In this document: piece by piece, positions 1 through 9,683 of the stretch
Layout of the letters: every line of letters begins with the position of its first letter
How positions within the stretch are numbered: the stretch's first letter is position 1
Assembly (NCBI GenBank): GCA_965204745.1
Contig: OZ242010.1
Location: 2,816,001-2,880,000, forward strand
Direction of reading: 5' to 3'
Length of the DNA stretch: 64,000 nucleotides
Origin: Candidatus Latescibacterota bacterium
GTDB lineage: Bacteria > Latescibacterota > UBA2968
Made by a program: the position numbers and the translations under genes
The notes under the pieces: model-generated
What the model was told of the DNA's origin: nothing
The model's input: the letters and a program-made list of their open reading frames with translations, nothing else
Database searches by the model: none

Positions 1-368
1 GTGAGGGGAATGGTCTTTGTCCCGTCGCCGGTGGATATGTCGATGCCGCCGCCGGTTGCCAGCGGCAGTTCTTCATGCGATTGAAATTGCGAAATCTGAT
101 ACCCCTTGGGCAGGTCGGGATAAAAGTAGTTTTTTCGCAAAAACCGACTGCGCGGCTGGATGGTGCAACCCGCGGCCAGGGCGATCCGCATCGCCAGATC
201 GACTGCGTTTTGGTTGAGCACGGGCAACGCGCCCGGCAAGCCCAAGCAGACCGGGCAGACGTGGGTGTTGGGATCGCCGCCAAATTCCGCGCTGCACCCG
301 CAGAAAATTTTGGTGGTGGTCGCCAGTTGGGCGTGGACTTCCAAGCCGATGACGGGTTCGTAGATCAT
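1..368 (-). CDS. gatB: Asp/Glu-tRNA amidotransferase subunit B (5' part; runs off window start)
   Basis: Manual translation from ATG at 368: [15 protein letters not shown]...[12 protein letters not shown]...[17 protein letters not shown]; ATGA overlap with the gatA stop. Confidence 0.95.
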   Translation of the reverse strand, partial: MIYEPVIGLEVHAQLATTTKIFCGCSAEFGGDPNTHVCPVCLGLPGALPVLNQNAVDLAMRIALAAGCTIQPRSRFLRKNYFYPDLPKGYQISQFQSHEELPLATGGGIDISTGDGTKTIPL

Positions 369-1813
369 GCCAATTCTCTTTCGACAACCGCGGCGGCGCG
401 CAAAATGGTTTCCTCGGCAAAGGCATCGCCGAGCAGTTGCAAGCCGATGGGCAAGCCCGCGGGGGAAGTCCCACACGGGACTGAAATGCCGGGAATGCCC
501 GCGAGATTGACGGACACCGTGTAAATATCGGAGAGGTACATCTGGAGGGGATCGCGGAGTTTTTCGCCTAACTCGAAGGCCGGGGTGGGCGATACGGGCG
601 ACGCGATCAAATCGCAGGTCTCAAACGCGCTGGCAAAATCCCGGCGGATGAGGGTGCGGGCCTGCTGTGCTTTGCGGTAATACGCATCGTAGTATCCCGC
701 GCTGAGGGCGTACGTCCCCAGCATGACGCGCCGCTTGACTTCCGCGCCAAAGCCCTGACTGCGCGTTTGGATGTACATGTCGATCAGGTTTTCCGCGTCT
801 GCGCGAAACCCGTATTTCACCCCGTCGTAACGCGACAGATTGGACGAGGCTTCGGCTGTGGCGACGACGTAGTACGCGGCGATGGCATAGGCGGGATGCC
901 CGGCGATGGGCAGGGAAATTTCGCGGATGTACGCGCCATTTTTCTCGAGAATTTCGACGCCGCGCATGACGGCCCGGCGGACATCGGGTTGCAGACCCTC
1001 GGCGAAAAATTCTTTTGGCAATCCGATGGCGAGGCCCTCGACGCCGCGTCGACACGCCGAGGGATAATCGGGCACCGGCACGCGAGCAGCCGTGGAATCC
1101 CGGGGGTCGTGCCCGGCAATGACGCGGAGCAGGAGGGCGGCATCTTCGACCGTGCGCGCAACCGGGCCGATTTGGTCGAGCGACGACGCGTATGCGATGA
1201 GGCCGTACCGAGAGACGCGCCCGTACGTGGGCTTGAGCCCGACCACGCCGCAAAAGGATGCGGGCAAGCGGATGGAGCCGCCGGTGTCGGATCCCAAGGT
1301 CATAAACGCCTGACCCGCCGCGACGGCCGCCGCAGATCCACCGCTGGATCCCCCGGCCACGCGGGTCGGGTCGTGCGGATTTTTGACCGCGCCAAAATGG
1401 GAGTTTTCGCTGGAAGAGCCCATGGCAAATTCATCCATGTTGAGTTTGCCCAAGATGATGGCATCGGCTCGGCGCAGGCGGGAGACAGCGGTCGCGTCGT
1501 AAGGGGGGATGAACTGGGCGAGGATTTTTGAAGCGCAGGTCGTGCGGAGCCCTTGCGTACACAAGGTGTCTTTCAGGGCGATGGGGATGCCGGCGAGTGG
1601 GCCTAATGGCACGGCGTCAGCGGCTTTTTGATCGACGGCGTCAGCGGCTTTCAGCGCGCCTTCTCCATCGAGGGTGATGAATGCGTTGAGGTCTGTGCGG
1701 CGGATGTGCGCGAGGGTTTTTTGTGCGATGTCGCGGGCCGTGTGCGAACCCGTGCGAATGCCGTCTATAAGCCCCCGCGCGGTTTGTGCGGGAAAAACAG
1801 CGTCGTCAGGCAC
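365..1813 (-). CDS. gatA: Asp/Glu-tRNA amidotransferase subunit A
   Basis: Amidase signature [32 protein letters not shown]. Confidence 0.97.
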   Translation of the reverse strand: MPDDAVFPAQTARGLIDGIRTGSHTARDIAQKTLAHIRRTDLNAFITLDGEGALKAADAVDQKAADAVPLGPLAGIPIALKDTLCTQGLRTTCASKILAQFIPPYDATAVSRLRRADAIILGKLNMDEFAMGSSSENSHFGAVKNPHDPTRVAGGSSGGSAAAVAAGQAFMTLGSDTGGSIRLPASFCGVVGLKPTYGRVSRYGLIAYASSLDQIGPVARTVEDAALLLRVIAGHDPRDSTAARVPVPDYPSACRRGVEGLAIGLPKEFFAEGLQPDVRRAVMRGVEILEKNGAYIREISLPIAGHPAYAIAAYYVVATAEASSNLSRYDGVKYGFRADAENLIDMYIQTRSQGFGAEVKRRVMLGTYALSAGYYDAYYRKAQQARTLIRRDFASAFETCDLIASPVSPTPAFELGEKLRDPLQMYLSDIYTVSVNLAGIPGISVPCGTSPAGLPIGLQLLGDAFAEETILRAAAVVERELA

Positions 1814-1825
1814 CCTGCCTCCAGA

Positions 1826-2053
1826 TTACGATTTTGTGGTGGTGTCCGATGGCGTCTGTGTGGCTTGTTGATCGGACGTCGACGTCGCATTGACGTTGTT
1901 CTCAATCTCGGTCTGCACGTCTCTGACGCCGCGCTTAAATTCGGTGATGCCCTTGCCCAGAGATTGGGCAATTTCGGGAATGCGTTTCGCGCCGAAGACC
2001 AACAGGACGACGATCAGAATCATCACGATTTCCCACGGTCCCATGCCGAACAT
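1826..2053 (-). CDS. tatA: Twin-arginine translocase TatA/E
   Basis: TM helix-FG-amphipathic helix (LLVFGAKRIPEIAQSLGKGITEFK). Confidence 0.93.
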   Translation of the reverse strand: MFGMGPWEIVMILIVVLLVFGAKRIPEIAQSLGKGITEFKRGVRDVQTEIENNVNATSTSDQQATQTPSDTTTKS

Positions 2054-2073
2054 AGTACACCTCCAGAAATGAG

Positions 2074-2352
2074 TTAATAGGAATACTTGACGTAGTACCA
2101 GGCAACGCCGATACCGAGAAAGCTCAACACGTTGAAGTCGAGCGAAAAGCCAAAGGTGAGGGTCATAATGATCAAATTCAACCGGATGGGGTAGAACTCG
2201 TAAGCGTACGAATTGACCAGCACTTTTTCGACCACGTTGTTTTGTAGGCCCAGGCTGTCAAAAACCACGGCCAATATCTCGCCGACCACGCTGCCGGCGA
2301 GGATGCCGATCGCGATTGCAACGATGAGAACCCCCAGATTTTTTTGCCTCAT
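2074..2352 (-). CDS. Small membrane protein, DUF4321-like
   Basis: 92 aa, hydrophobic, with LNL..MTLTFGFSLDFNVLS pattern; in operon. Confidence 0.7.
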   Translation of the reverse strand: MRQKNLGVLIVAIAIGILAGSVVGEILAVVFDSLGLQNNVVEKVLVNSYAYEFYPIRLNLIIMTLTFGFSLDFNVLSFLGIGVAWYYVKYSY

Positions 2353-2377
2353 AACAACCCTTTCGGGACAGCGAATT

Positions 2378-3109
2378 TCAGTCTTTCACGTCGGCCACTT
2401 CGCGGTCCGCGATGAGGCAGTAGAACCACCTGAGCATGCCGGCCAAAGAGATGGCGAGCGCGAGCGGGAAAAACACTTCGTACGTGTAGAAAACCATGAG
2501 CACCATCACGCAGAACAGGCCGATCAGGCAGAGGCGGTGGCGCGTGGTTTCGATAGACAAGCGCGGAAATGCGGGGTATTCGATGGTGCTGACCATGAGA
2601 AATGAGAGCATGATGCACAGGCCAATGGCGATGAGCGGCTCGTGCGCGTCGCTTTGCCACACCCGTTCCGTGAACAGGATGTACGCGGCTAGGGTACTCG
2701 CTGCCGTGGGGATGGGAAGGCCCGTGAAATTGTCTTTGTCAAAGCCCTTTAAGTGCGCGTTGAAACGCGCCAAGCGCAGCGCGCCGCACAACAGAAAGAG
2801 AAAACAGATCGCAAACGGCAACCAAAAAATGACCAGCAGGGCGTCGAAGTAGTAGAGCATGAGCAGGGCCGGGGCCACGCCAAAGGAGCAGACATCCACG
2901 ATAGAATCGAACTGAACCCCAAAGGTGCTGGACGTGTGAAAGTAGCGCGCGATTTTTCCATCGCACGCGTCGAGCAAGCCGGCGATCACGATGAGGAGTG
3001 CCGCGCCGAGAAAACGCCCGTTCACAGCGTAGTACATCGACAAAAATCCGCAAAACAAACTGCTGATGGTGAACAAGTTGGGCAGGGCTACTTTGGCATT
3101 CATTGGCAT
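2378..3109 (-). CDS. pssA: CDP-diacylglycerol--serine O-phosphatidyltransferase
   Basis: PNLFT, DACDGKIAR, FG..FDS..D..SFGVAP, ALRLARFN, FTGLPIP motifs. Confidence 0.9.
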   Translation of the reverse strand: MPMNAKVALPNLFTISSLFCGFLSMYYAVNGRFLGAALLIVIAGLLDACDGKIARYFHTSSTFGVQFDSIVDVCSFGVAPALLMLYYFDALLVIFWLPFAICFLFLLCGALRLARFNAHLKGFDKDNFTGLPIPTAASTLAAYILFTERVWQSDAHEPLIAIGLCIMLSFLMVSTIEYPAFPRLSIETTRHRLCLIGLFCVMVLMVFYTYEVFFPLALAISLAGMLRWFYCLIADREVADVKD

Positions 3110-3122
3110 GCCTCCGGTGGGG

Positions 3123-4247
3123 TTACTCGTTGCGCGGGTCCGCTTCTAGGACGAGTTGGGCGTCGAAAACGCGGTGTCGAGGGCGCAAAATTTTGAGGTG
3201 AAAGGTATCGCCGACAGCCGCGTACCGAAACGCATCGACGACCTGGTCCGCGCTGTTGGCATTTTGGCGGTTGACCATCACGATCACGTCGCCGGGTATC
3301 AACCCCGCGCTTTCGCCCGGGCTTAGGGGATCGACGACGGTGATCAGCGCGCCTTTTATGGTGGGAACGCCCAGCGTGCGCGCAATATACGGGTTGATGT
3401 TGTGAATGTCCAGCCCGGTCCAGAACTCGCGGCTGCCCTGATCGATGAGTTGACACGCCACTTCTATCGCGCGGTCGATGGGCACGGCAAAGCCGATGCC
3501 CAAGGAGCCGCCCTGTGAAAAGATGAATGAATTGACGCCGATGACTTGGCCGAGGCTGTTCACCAAAGGGCCGCCGCTGTTGCCCGGGTTGATCGAAGCG
3601 TCGGTTTGAATCAGGCCCTTGTGGGCGCGCGCGTTTTGCTCGGGGCGGACGATGCGATCTATCGCGCTGATAACGCCGACTGTGGCGGTGGGGTTGAGGT
3701 CTTCAAAGTGCAACCCAAAGGGATTGCCGAGCGCGATGGCCCATTCGCCGATGATGACGCTTTCCGAGGTGCCCATCTGCGGGACGTAGAGGCTATCCGC
3801 GTCGATTTGCACGACTGCGAGGTCCCATTGCCGGTCGATAAAAACGTCGAGCACGTCGAAGCGACGACCATCTGGAAAGGTGACGAAAATTTCCTGCGCG
3901 CCATCTACGACGTGGCTGCTGGTCAAGATGTAGCCATCGGCTTGAATCACAACCCCGGATCCAATGCCGGGGATGCGCTGCATGTCGGAATAGGGATCAA
4001 AGGGTTCAAAAAACCGGTCGGGATAGCGGGGATACGACCGGTCATAGACGGTATTGATGCTGACGACTGCGGGCGCGGCGTGTTCAATGGCTTGCACTAT
4101 GGCATTGCGGCGCGAAGTCTCGATGCTTTCACTGCGCGTGTTGGGCAAGGGCCGGTTGAGCATGGGAAAGATCCCCAGGCCGATGACTATGCCCAATGAC
4201 AAAATCAGCAGGGTGCGTTTCACGGCACTCATCCTCGCGGAGGTCAT
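3123..4247 (-). CDS. HtrA/DegQ-family serine protease with one PDZ domain
   Basis: N-terminal TM, TSSHVV, QTDASINPGNSGGPL, C-terminal PDZ; start may be 4232. Confidence 0.93.
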   Translation of the reverse strand: MTSARMSAVKRTLLILSLGIVIGLGIFPMLNRPLPNTRSESIETSRRNAIVQAIEHAAPAVVSINTVYDRSYPRYPDRFFEPFDPYSDMQRIPGIGSGVVIQADGYILTSSHVVDGAQEIFVTFPDGRRFDVLDVFIDRQWDLAVVQIDADSLYVPQMGTSESVIIGEWAIALGNPFGLHFEDLNPTATVGVISAIDRIVRPEQNARAHKGLIQTDASINPGNSGGPLVNSLGQVIGVNSFIFSQGGSLGIGFAVPIDRAIEVACQLIDQGSREFWTGLDIHNINPYIARTLGVPTIKGALITVVDPLSPGESAGLIPGDVIVMVNRQNANSADQVVDAFRYAAVGDTFHLKILRPRHRVFDAQLVLEADPRNE

Positions 4248-4974
4248 CGCGGTAAATCACCCGTTCGAGAAACAAGCCCTGGGGCGGCGCGGATTCCCCG
4301 GCACTTTGGCGGTCGCGTGCGCGGAGAATATCGCGCATGGCTTCTGGGGATCGCGCCCCGCGGCCTATCTCGGCGAGCGTGCCCACGATGCTTCGCACCA
4401 TCGCGCGCAAGAAGCGGTCGCCGGAAATGCGAAACGTGAGCTCGTCGCCGCGCTGTTGCCAATCGCAAGCGTAAATTCGACAGACGCGATTTTCCCGTTC
4501 GTGCGCCGCCACGCAAAAAGATGTGAAGTCGTGCCGACCGATGAGCATGTGACTCGCCCGTTTTATTGCGCCGAGATCGAGTTGGCGGCGCGCGTACCAC
4601 GCATAGTGCCGACCAATGGGCCGTTTGGTATAACGGATGCGGTAAAAATAATGCCGGCGCCGGGCATCGAAACGCGCGTGAAAGTCGGGCGATGCGCTAT
4701 CGGCGCGGTTGACGGCGACATCCGGGGGCAACATGCCATTGAGGGCGTGTTGCAAGCGGTCGAGTGGCATATCTCGCGTGGGCGCGAAGTTGACGACCTG
4801 CCCGAGGGCGTGAACGCCCGCATCGGTGCGCCCAGACGCCGTGACCGAAATCGGCGCGCCGTAGAGCCGCTGGAGCCGCGCTTCGAGTTCTCCTTGAACC
4901 GTGCGCTGGCGGGGCTGAATTTGCCAGCCCTTAAAGTCCGTGCCATCGTATTCGAGGGTCAGGCGAATTTGCAT
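4129..4974 (-). CDS. truA: tRNA pseudouridine(38-40) synthase
   Basis: YDGTDFKGWQ, SGRTDAGVHA, FLRAMVR; start set to MQIRLTLEY; C-terminal tail overlaps htrA. Confidence 0.93.
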   Translation of the reverse strand: MQIRLTLEYDGTDFKGWQIQPRQRTVQGELEARLQRLYGAPISVTASGRTDAGVHALGQVVNFAPTRDMPLDRLQHALNGMLPPDVAVNRADSASPDFHARFDARRRHYFYRIRYTKRPIGRHYAWYARRQLDLGAIKRASHMLIGRHDFTSFCVAAHERENRVCRIYACDWQQRGDELTFRISGDRFLRAMVRSIVGTLAEIGRGARSPEAMRDILRARDRQSAGESAPPQGLFLERVIYRDDLREDECRETHPADFVIGHSHRPGDLSHAQPALAQHAQ

Positions 4975-5234
4975 GATAGGGCCTGCGCCAAATCCCAACT
5001 TCCACGAGATCATACTCCAAACCGCTCGAAAAATATACCATCTCACATGGGGAAAGTCAATGACGAAAAGGGGAACGTTTTTTGCCGGTGGGTGAACGAT
5101 TCGTTCCCCCCAAAGCCATCTTATCGGAGAGCGGAGAGGTTCTGTCGTAGGGCGTTTGAACGGGCGTTGTACCCCGCTCGTGCCTTTCATCAGGGAGGAA
5201 TGAGGAATAGACATTCCATAGAGATCAGGCGGTG

Positions 5235-5535
5235 CTTGTCTCAAGCGTTTGGTTCTGCATCCTTGTTGGTTGCCTTCGATGCCTTCGGCGACCTACTTTT
5301 TTTCAACAGCAAAAAAAAGTAGGCAAAAAATGCCGCTCTCAAACGCCGAGGGGCTTGCACAGCGCAAATCGCTTTGGTAACAGAACGACATGCGCCAGCC
5401 TGCTAAGAGGGTTGCAAAATGAATGTTGGTTGCGAGACGGACTTACGCGCTGTGCGTGATGGCTTTAGCTGATGGTCTTTTGCGATGGCATTTTTGCAAT
5501 GACTTCTCTGAATGGTTGCGGAACGTCAAGGGGAT
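5235..5535. repeat. Diverged internal copy of the ~415-bp MITE-like dispersed repeat
   Basis: Similar to 18660-18960 and 21260-21560 (CTACTTTTTTT-CARCAGC-AAAAAAAAGTAG hairpin etc.); terminal IRs not recognisable. Confidence 0.8.
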
Positions 5536-5663
5536 CGCTCGCTGTCAGCATACCGCATCACATGAGGTCAACAGAAAATCAATTTAGCATAACGGACCGA
5601 GGAGTAGGTTCCGATAAATGGCACAAAAATTGCCACAGTACGGGTCGGGGGAAAGGAGAAGGT

Positions 5664-8021
5664 ATGAGAAGACCCGCATTGTGGACTGCGCTGTTCTTTG
5701 CATTGGGCATCGGCTTGCACGGGTATGTAGGGGAATTGCAGATCGCTTTGGTGCTCGGCGCGGTTGTCCTCGTCGGGCTTTGTGGCATGGGGTTCTGGTT
5801 GCGCTGGCACGCGAGAAATCTGAGCGTCCTGTTCGCGGGCGTGCTCGTGCTGATCGGCGCGTTGCGCGGGGCGCAAAGCCTGGAGCGCGACGCGGATCAC
5901 TTCGTGCTGTTTTTGCCGGACCGCGCATTCGTGGAAGCCGAGGGCTTTGTCGCGTCTGAACCCGAGCGCATCAAGGGCGATTATCGCGTCGTGTTTGACG
6001 TGCGCCAACTCGCGGTTGAAGACGCGGTGCATGCGGTCAGCGGCAAGGCCCTCATCCGATTTCGGGCCGGGACCGCGGTGCCCGCGTACCGGGATTGGAT
6101 GCGGTTGCAGGTGCAACTCTATCAACCGAGCCAGCCGCGCAACCCGGGCGCGTTTGACTATCGGGCATTTTTGCAGCGCAGGGGCTTGGATGCTTTGGGC
6201 ACGGTGCGAAAGCGGTCGCAAATCCTCGCGCATCGAGAAGGCGCGGACGACTGGTGGGCGCGGATCATTCTGCCGGTGAGAGGCGTTATCCGCGGCGCGA
6301 TTGAACAAAATCTTTCCGGTGGGCCGGCTGGGCTTTTGAAGGGCGTGTTGTTGGGCGCGAAAAAGGCCGTGCCCGAAGAGGTCAAGACCGCGTTCGCACA
6401 AACTGGGGTCAATCACGTCTTGGCGGTGTCCGGGCTGCACGTCGGGCTGATTGCAGGCGCGGTGTTTTTCATGCTGAAAATGCTCGGGGTCAGACGAGGG
6501 ATTACCGCGGGGTTGACGATTTGCGCGCTGGTGTTTTACGCGCTCATCACCGGGTTGCCCCCGTCTGTGGTGCGTGCCGCGACAATGGGTTGCGTGGCAT
6601 TGCTGGGCATCGTGGGGCAGCGCGATATCGATGGCGGCAATATCTTGGGCATCGCGGGGTTGGGCTTGCTGATCGCCCGGCCGCAGGATTTGTTCGACGT
6701 GGGGTTTCAACTGTCATTCGTCGCCACGGGTGGCATCTTGGTGCTCTATCGGCCCTTGCGCGATCTCATGCCGGTCGAGAGGGGATGGTGCGATACGTGG
6801 ATCGCTGGGCCCTTGGCGGTTTCGGTCGCCGCGCAAGTGACGACCCTGCCCTTTGTGGTGTCGTATTTTGGGTTGGTGTCGGTCGTCGGCCTGATCGCCA
6901 ATTTGATCGTCGTGCCTCTGGTCGGTGTCGGCGTCGGCTTGGGCCTGCTGACGGTGGTGGCGTTTGTCGTGTGGTCGCCGATAGCGACGGTCTTGAACGC
7001 CGCGAACTGGCTCGTTTTGAGCAGTGCGATTGGGCTTGCGAACTGGATGGCGCGGCCCGATTGGGCGGCGTTTGAGGTCGCGCGGCCGCCGTGGTTTGTC
7101 TTTGGCGTGTACCTGTCCCTGGTGCCCCTGATTTTGCCGCAGGTCAGACGGGTTTGCAGCGCGTATTGTCTCATCCTCGCCCTGGTTCTGGCAAATATCG
7201 GGGTTTGGAAAACTATCTTACTTTCGGGGTCGGCCCTCGAAGTCTATGTCCTCGACGTGGGTCAGGGGGATGCGATTTTTTGCCGGTATCCAAATGGGCG
7301 AACCCTGCTGGTCGATGGCGGCATTCGCACGCACTATACGGACATGGGCGAGCGCGTGGTGTTGCCATTTCTCAACAGTCAGGGGGTTGGACATGTGGAT
7401 GTCGTGGTGGGGTCGCACCCGGATGCGGATCACATCGGCGGGCTGATTTCCGTGTTGGAAGAGGTGTCGGTCGGGCATTATCTCGATTCGGGGCAACACG
7501 TCGAAACGGTTACCGGCAAGCGGCTTTTGGAGGTCGTCAAGGCAAAGGGCATCGCGTATCACGCAGTCGCCGCGGGGGACAGTCTGATAGGGCTTGGCGG
7601 GTTGGTGCTCCATCCGACACCGGATTATGTGTCCGATTCAGGGCCGGCGCCCGAGGGCGAGAATAATGGGTCGGTCGTCATTCGCATCGTGCATCGCGGC
7701 GCCACGCTGTTGCTGACAGGCGATATTGAACGCGAGACAGATGGCGACATGGCGCGCTGGGGCCATCGCTTGCGCGCAGACATTCTCAAGGCCGCGCACC
7801 ATGGCTCGCGCACGTCCTCAACCCGCGCATTTCTCGATGCGGTCGATCCCAAGGTGGCGGCGATTTCGTGCGGGGTGAACAATAAGTTTCGGCATCCCTC
7901 GCCGGAGGTGATTGCGCGCTTTCGAAAGATGGGCATACAAATTTGGCGCACCGATCAGTCGGGTGCTATTGCGATGAAGCTAGATGGGGGGCGGATCGAT
8001 GTCGTGCCGTGGATAAAATAA
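5664..8021 (+). CDS. comEC: DNA uptake channel ComEC/Rec2
   Basis: RNPGAFDY, HVLAVSGLHV, GFQLSF, metallo-beta-lactamase DVGQGD and SHPDADHIGG. Confidence 0.95.
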   Translation: MRRPALWTALFFALGIGLHGYVGELQIALVLGAVVLVGLCGMGFWLRWHARNLSVLFAGVLVLIGALRGAQSLERDADHFVLFLPDRAFVEAEGFVASEPERIKGDYRVVFDVRQLAVEDAVHAVSGKALIRFRAGTAVPAYRDWMRLQVQLYQPSQPRNPGAFDYRAFLQRRGLDALGTVRKRSQILAHREGADDWWARIILPVRGVIRGAIEQNLSGGPAGLLKGVLLGAKKAVPEEVKTAFAQTGVNHVLAVSGLHVGLIAGAVFFMLKMLGVRRGITAGLTICALVFYALITGLPPSVVRAATMGCVALLGIVGQRDIDGGNILGIAGLGLLIARPQDLFDVGFQLSFVATGGILVLYRPLRDLMPVERGWCDTWIAGPLAVSVAAQVTTLPFVVSYFGLVSVVGLIANLIVVPLVGVGVGLGLLTVVAFVVWSPIATVLNAANWLVLSSAIGLANWMARPDWAAFEVARPPWFVFGVYLSLVPLILPQVRRVCSAYCLILALVLANIGVWKTILLSGSALEVYVLDVGQGDAIFCRYPNGRTLLVDGGIRTHYTDMGERVVLPFLNSQGVGHVDVVVGSHPDADHIGGLISVLEEVSVGHYLDSGQHVETVTGKRLLEVVKAKGIAYHAVAAGDSLIGLGGLVLHPTPDYVSDSGPAPEGENNGSVVIRIVHRGATLLLTGDIERETDGDMARWGHRLRADILKAAHHGSRTSSTRAFLDAVDPKVAAISCGVNNKFRHPSPEVIARFRKMGIQIWRTDQSGAIAMKLDGGRIDVVPWIK

Positions 8022-8051
8022 AAAAAGCGACCCGATTGGATCGCTTTTTTT
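8021..8051. terminator. Bidirectional intrinsic terminator
   Basis: AAAAAAGCGA-CC-CGATT-GG-ATCGCTTTTTTT stem flanked by A and T tracts. Confidence 0.75.
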
Positions 8052-8245
8052 GGGTGGATGGAGGCGTCTTTTCCCTCGGCCTCCGCGGATTGGGATGCAC
8101 CAAAATTTAGGGTGCGGTTTCTTCTAAGATCGGCCTGATACAGCGTCATCTCCCCCGGTGACACCGCAATCTAACCGTTGAAGAACCGCCTTATTTTTCC
8201 TGGACCAATCCCAGAATTTGAGGGTGTGACCATCCTCCATCCACG
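8052..8245 (-). ncRNA. Candidate ~190-nt rod-like structured RNA (6S-like)
   Basis: Closing helix GTGGATGGAGG/CCTCCATCCAC, inner pairs TGGGAT/ATCCCA and GCGGTTCTTC/GAAGAAACCGC around a central bubble; promoter upstream and terminator downstream; no credible ORF. Confidence 0.4.
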
Positions 8246-8421
8246 CAATGGGTCAACAGTGTGATTCGGAACAAAACAACCCCGAAAAGCGGGGTCGTGC
8301 AACGTGCGACTTCCTCCCCACAAGGCCTGGCGATAGACCCGGTACTCCAGATGCGAAAAATATGCGTAACCATATTAAAAATATAAAGATATGGCCGATG
8401 TTCACCCTGAAGCACAGAGAC

Positions 8422-8450
8422 AATATATAGTGTGAAGGGCAGGGCGTCAA
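8422..8450 (-). promoter_or_regulatory. Sigma70-type promoter
   Basis: TTGACG-17 nt-TATATT on the minus strand, pointing into the non-coding comEC-accA gap. Confidence 0.6.
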
Positions 8451-8574
8451 CCCTTATTTTCGCCTTTTTGAGCGGTTTGTGGAGCGGCATAAAAATAAGG
8501 TTTTGAAACTTAAGGATATACCCCATCAAAAAAAAATTTTGGCGTTTCATGATGGGCTTTGGGCACGCGCCTAG

Positions 8575-9540
8575 TTATGGCGATTCCTCCCAAACGCCCA
8601 TGCGCGCAAATTTTTCGGCTCGCAATTTGGGCAGATTTTCAGACGGGATTTTGTCCGTCTCTGCGAATGCCTCTGAAACGGCTTTTTTTAAGTTTTGCGC
8701 GGCCAATTCAAAGTTGCGATGCGCCCCCCCAAATGGCTCTGCCACGATGCGGTCGATGATGCCCAAGTCCATGAGATCTTCTGCCGAAATTTTCATGGCT
8801 TCTGCGGCTTCGGTGCGTTTGTCGCGGTTGCGCCACAAGATGAGCGAGCAGGATTCGGGGTTGATCACGGAGTACCAGGCGTTTTCGAGCATGAGGATGT
8901 GGTCGCCCACCCCGATGCCGAGCGCACCTCCGCTCGCGCCTTCGCCGATGATCGCCACGACAATGGGAATGGGCAGGCGCGCCATTTCAAACAGGTTGCG
9001 CGCAATGGCTTCCGAGATGCTGCGCTGTTCCGAGGCCAGGCCGGGGAACGCGCCCGGGGTATCGACCATGCAGAGCACGGGTCGATTGAATTTGGCGGCC
9101 AACTGCATCAGGCGGAGGGCTTTGCGATACCCTTCCGGGTGGGGCAGGCCAAAATTGCGCGCGAGGTTCTCCTGCGTGTTGCGTCCCTTTTGTTGCCCGA
9201 TGACGACGATGGGCCGGCCTTCAAAATACGCCAGTCCGCCCGCGATAGCGCGGTCATTGCCGGAACAGCGATCCCCGTGCAATTCGATGAAATCAGCCAT
9301 CATGAGGTCGATATAATCCAGGGAATAGGGCCGCTGCGGGTGGCGCGACAACTGGTATTTTTGCCACCGCGTGAGGTTGTTAAAAATGTCGCGCTCGAGT
9401 TTCGCGCTGCGTTCCTCAAGGGCTTTAATTTCCGTGCTCTTGTCCGCGTTTTCCGCTTGGGCCCGCGCCCGCAGTGCGGCGATTTGCTTTTGCAATTCGG
9501 CGAGTGGCTGTTCAAAGTCGAGATAAGATCGGTCGCTCAT
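8575..9540 (-). CDS. accA: Acetyl-CoA carboxylase carboxyltransferase alpha
   Basis: YLDFEQP, RHPQRP, PEGYRKALR, DTPGAFPG, GEGASGGAL. Confidence 0.97.
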   Translation of the reverse strand: MSDRSYLDFEQPLAELQKQIAALRARAQAENADKSTEIKALEERSAKLERDIFNNLTRWQKYQLSRHPQRPYSLDYIDLMMADFIELHGDRCSGNDRAIAGGLAYFEGRPIVVIGQQKGRNTQENLARNFGLPHPEGYRKALRLMQLAAKFNRPVLCMVDTPGAFPGLASEQRSISEAIARNLFEMARLPIPIVVAIIGEGASGGALGIGVGDHILMLENAWYSVINPESCSLILWRNRDKRTEAAEAMKISAEDLMDLGIIDRIVAEPFGGAHRNFELAAQNLKKAVSEAFAETDKIPSENLPKLRAEKFARMGVWEESP

Positions 9541-9659
9541 GGGAATCGTCCTTTCGCAGTCGGAAATTAGCGGAACGAGTTACAAATAACAGGTGGGCTT
9601 GAAACGCACCCCATTGTACCGCCCGTTCATCGGTGCTTTTGTTTTTGGGCGGAGGCGGG

Positions 9660-9683
9660 GACTGACAACTGACAACTGACAAC
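9660..9683. repeat. Heptamer tandem repeat (CTGACAA)n, left part
   Basis: About 3 units here, continuing at 10869-10905 after the IS. Confidence 0.85.

Noticed and set aside
4129-4247. Functional C-terminal extension of TruA
   Set aside because: The tail after the usual V.Y end simply overlaps htrA and looks like stop-codon loss without any motif.
4054-5322. Long antisense/alternative ORFs (e.g. 4054-5322+, 17227-18594+, 24717-26324+, 57274-58701+)
   Set aside because: They are shadows of well-supported genes in GC-rich sequence and show no family motifs.
8050-8420. tmRNA, RNase P or SRP RNA
   Set aside because: The size fits, but the tRNA-like ends, GAGGAAAGTCC and the SRP GGAA-loop consensus were not found.
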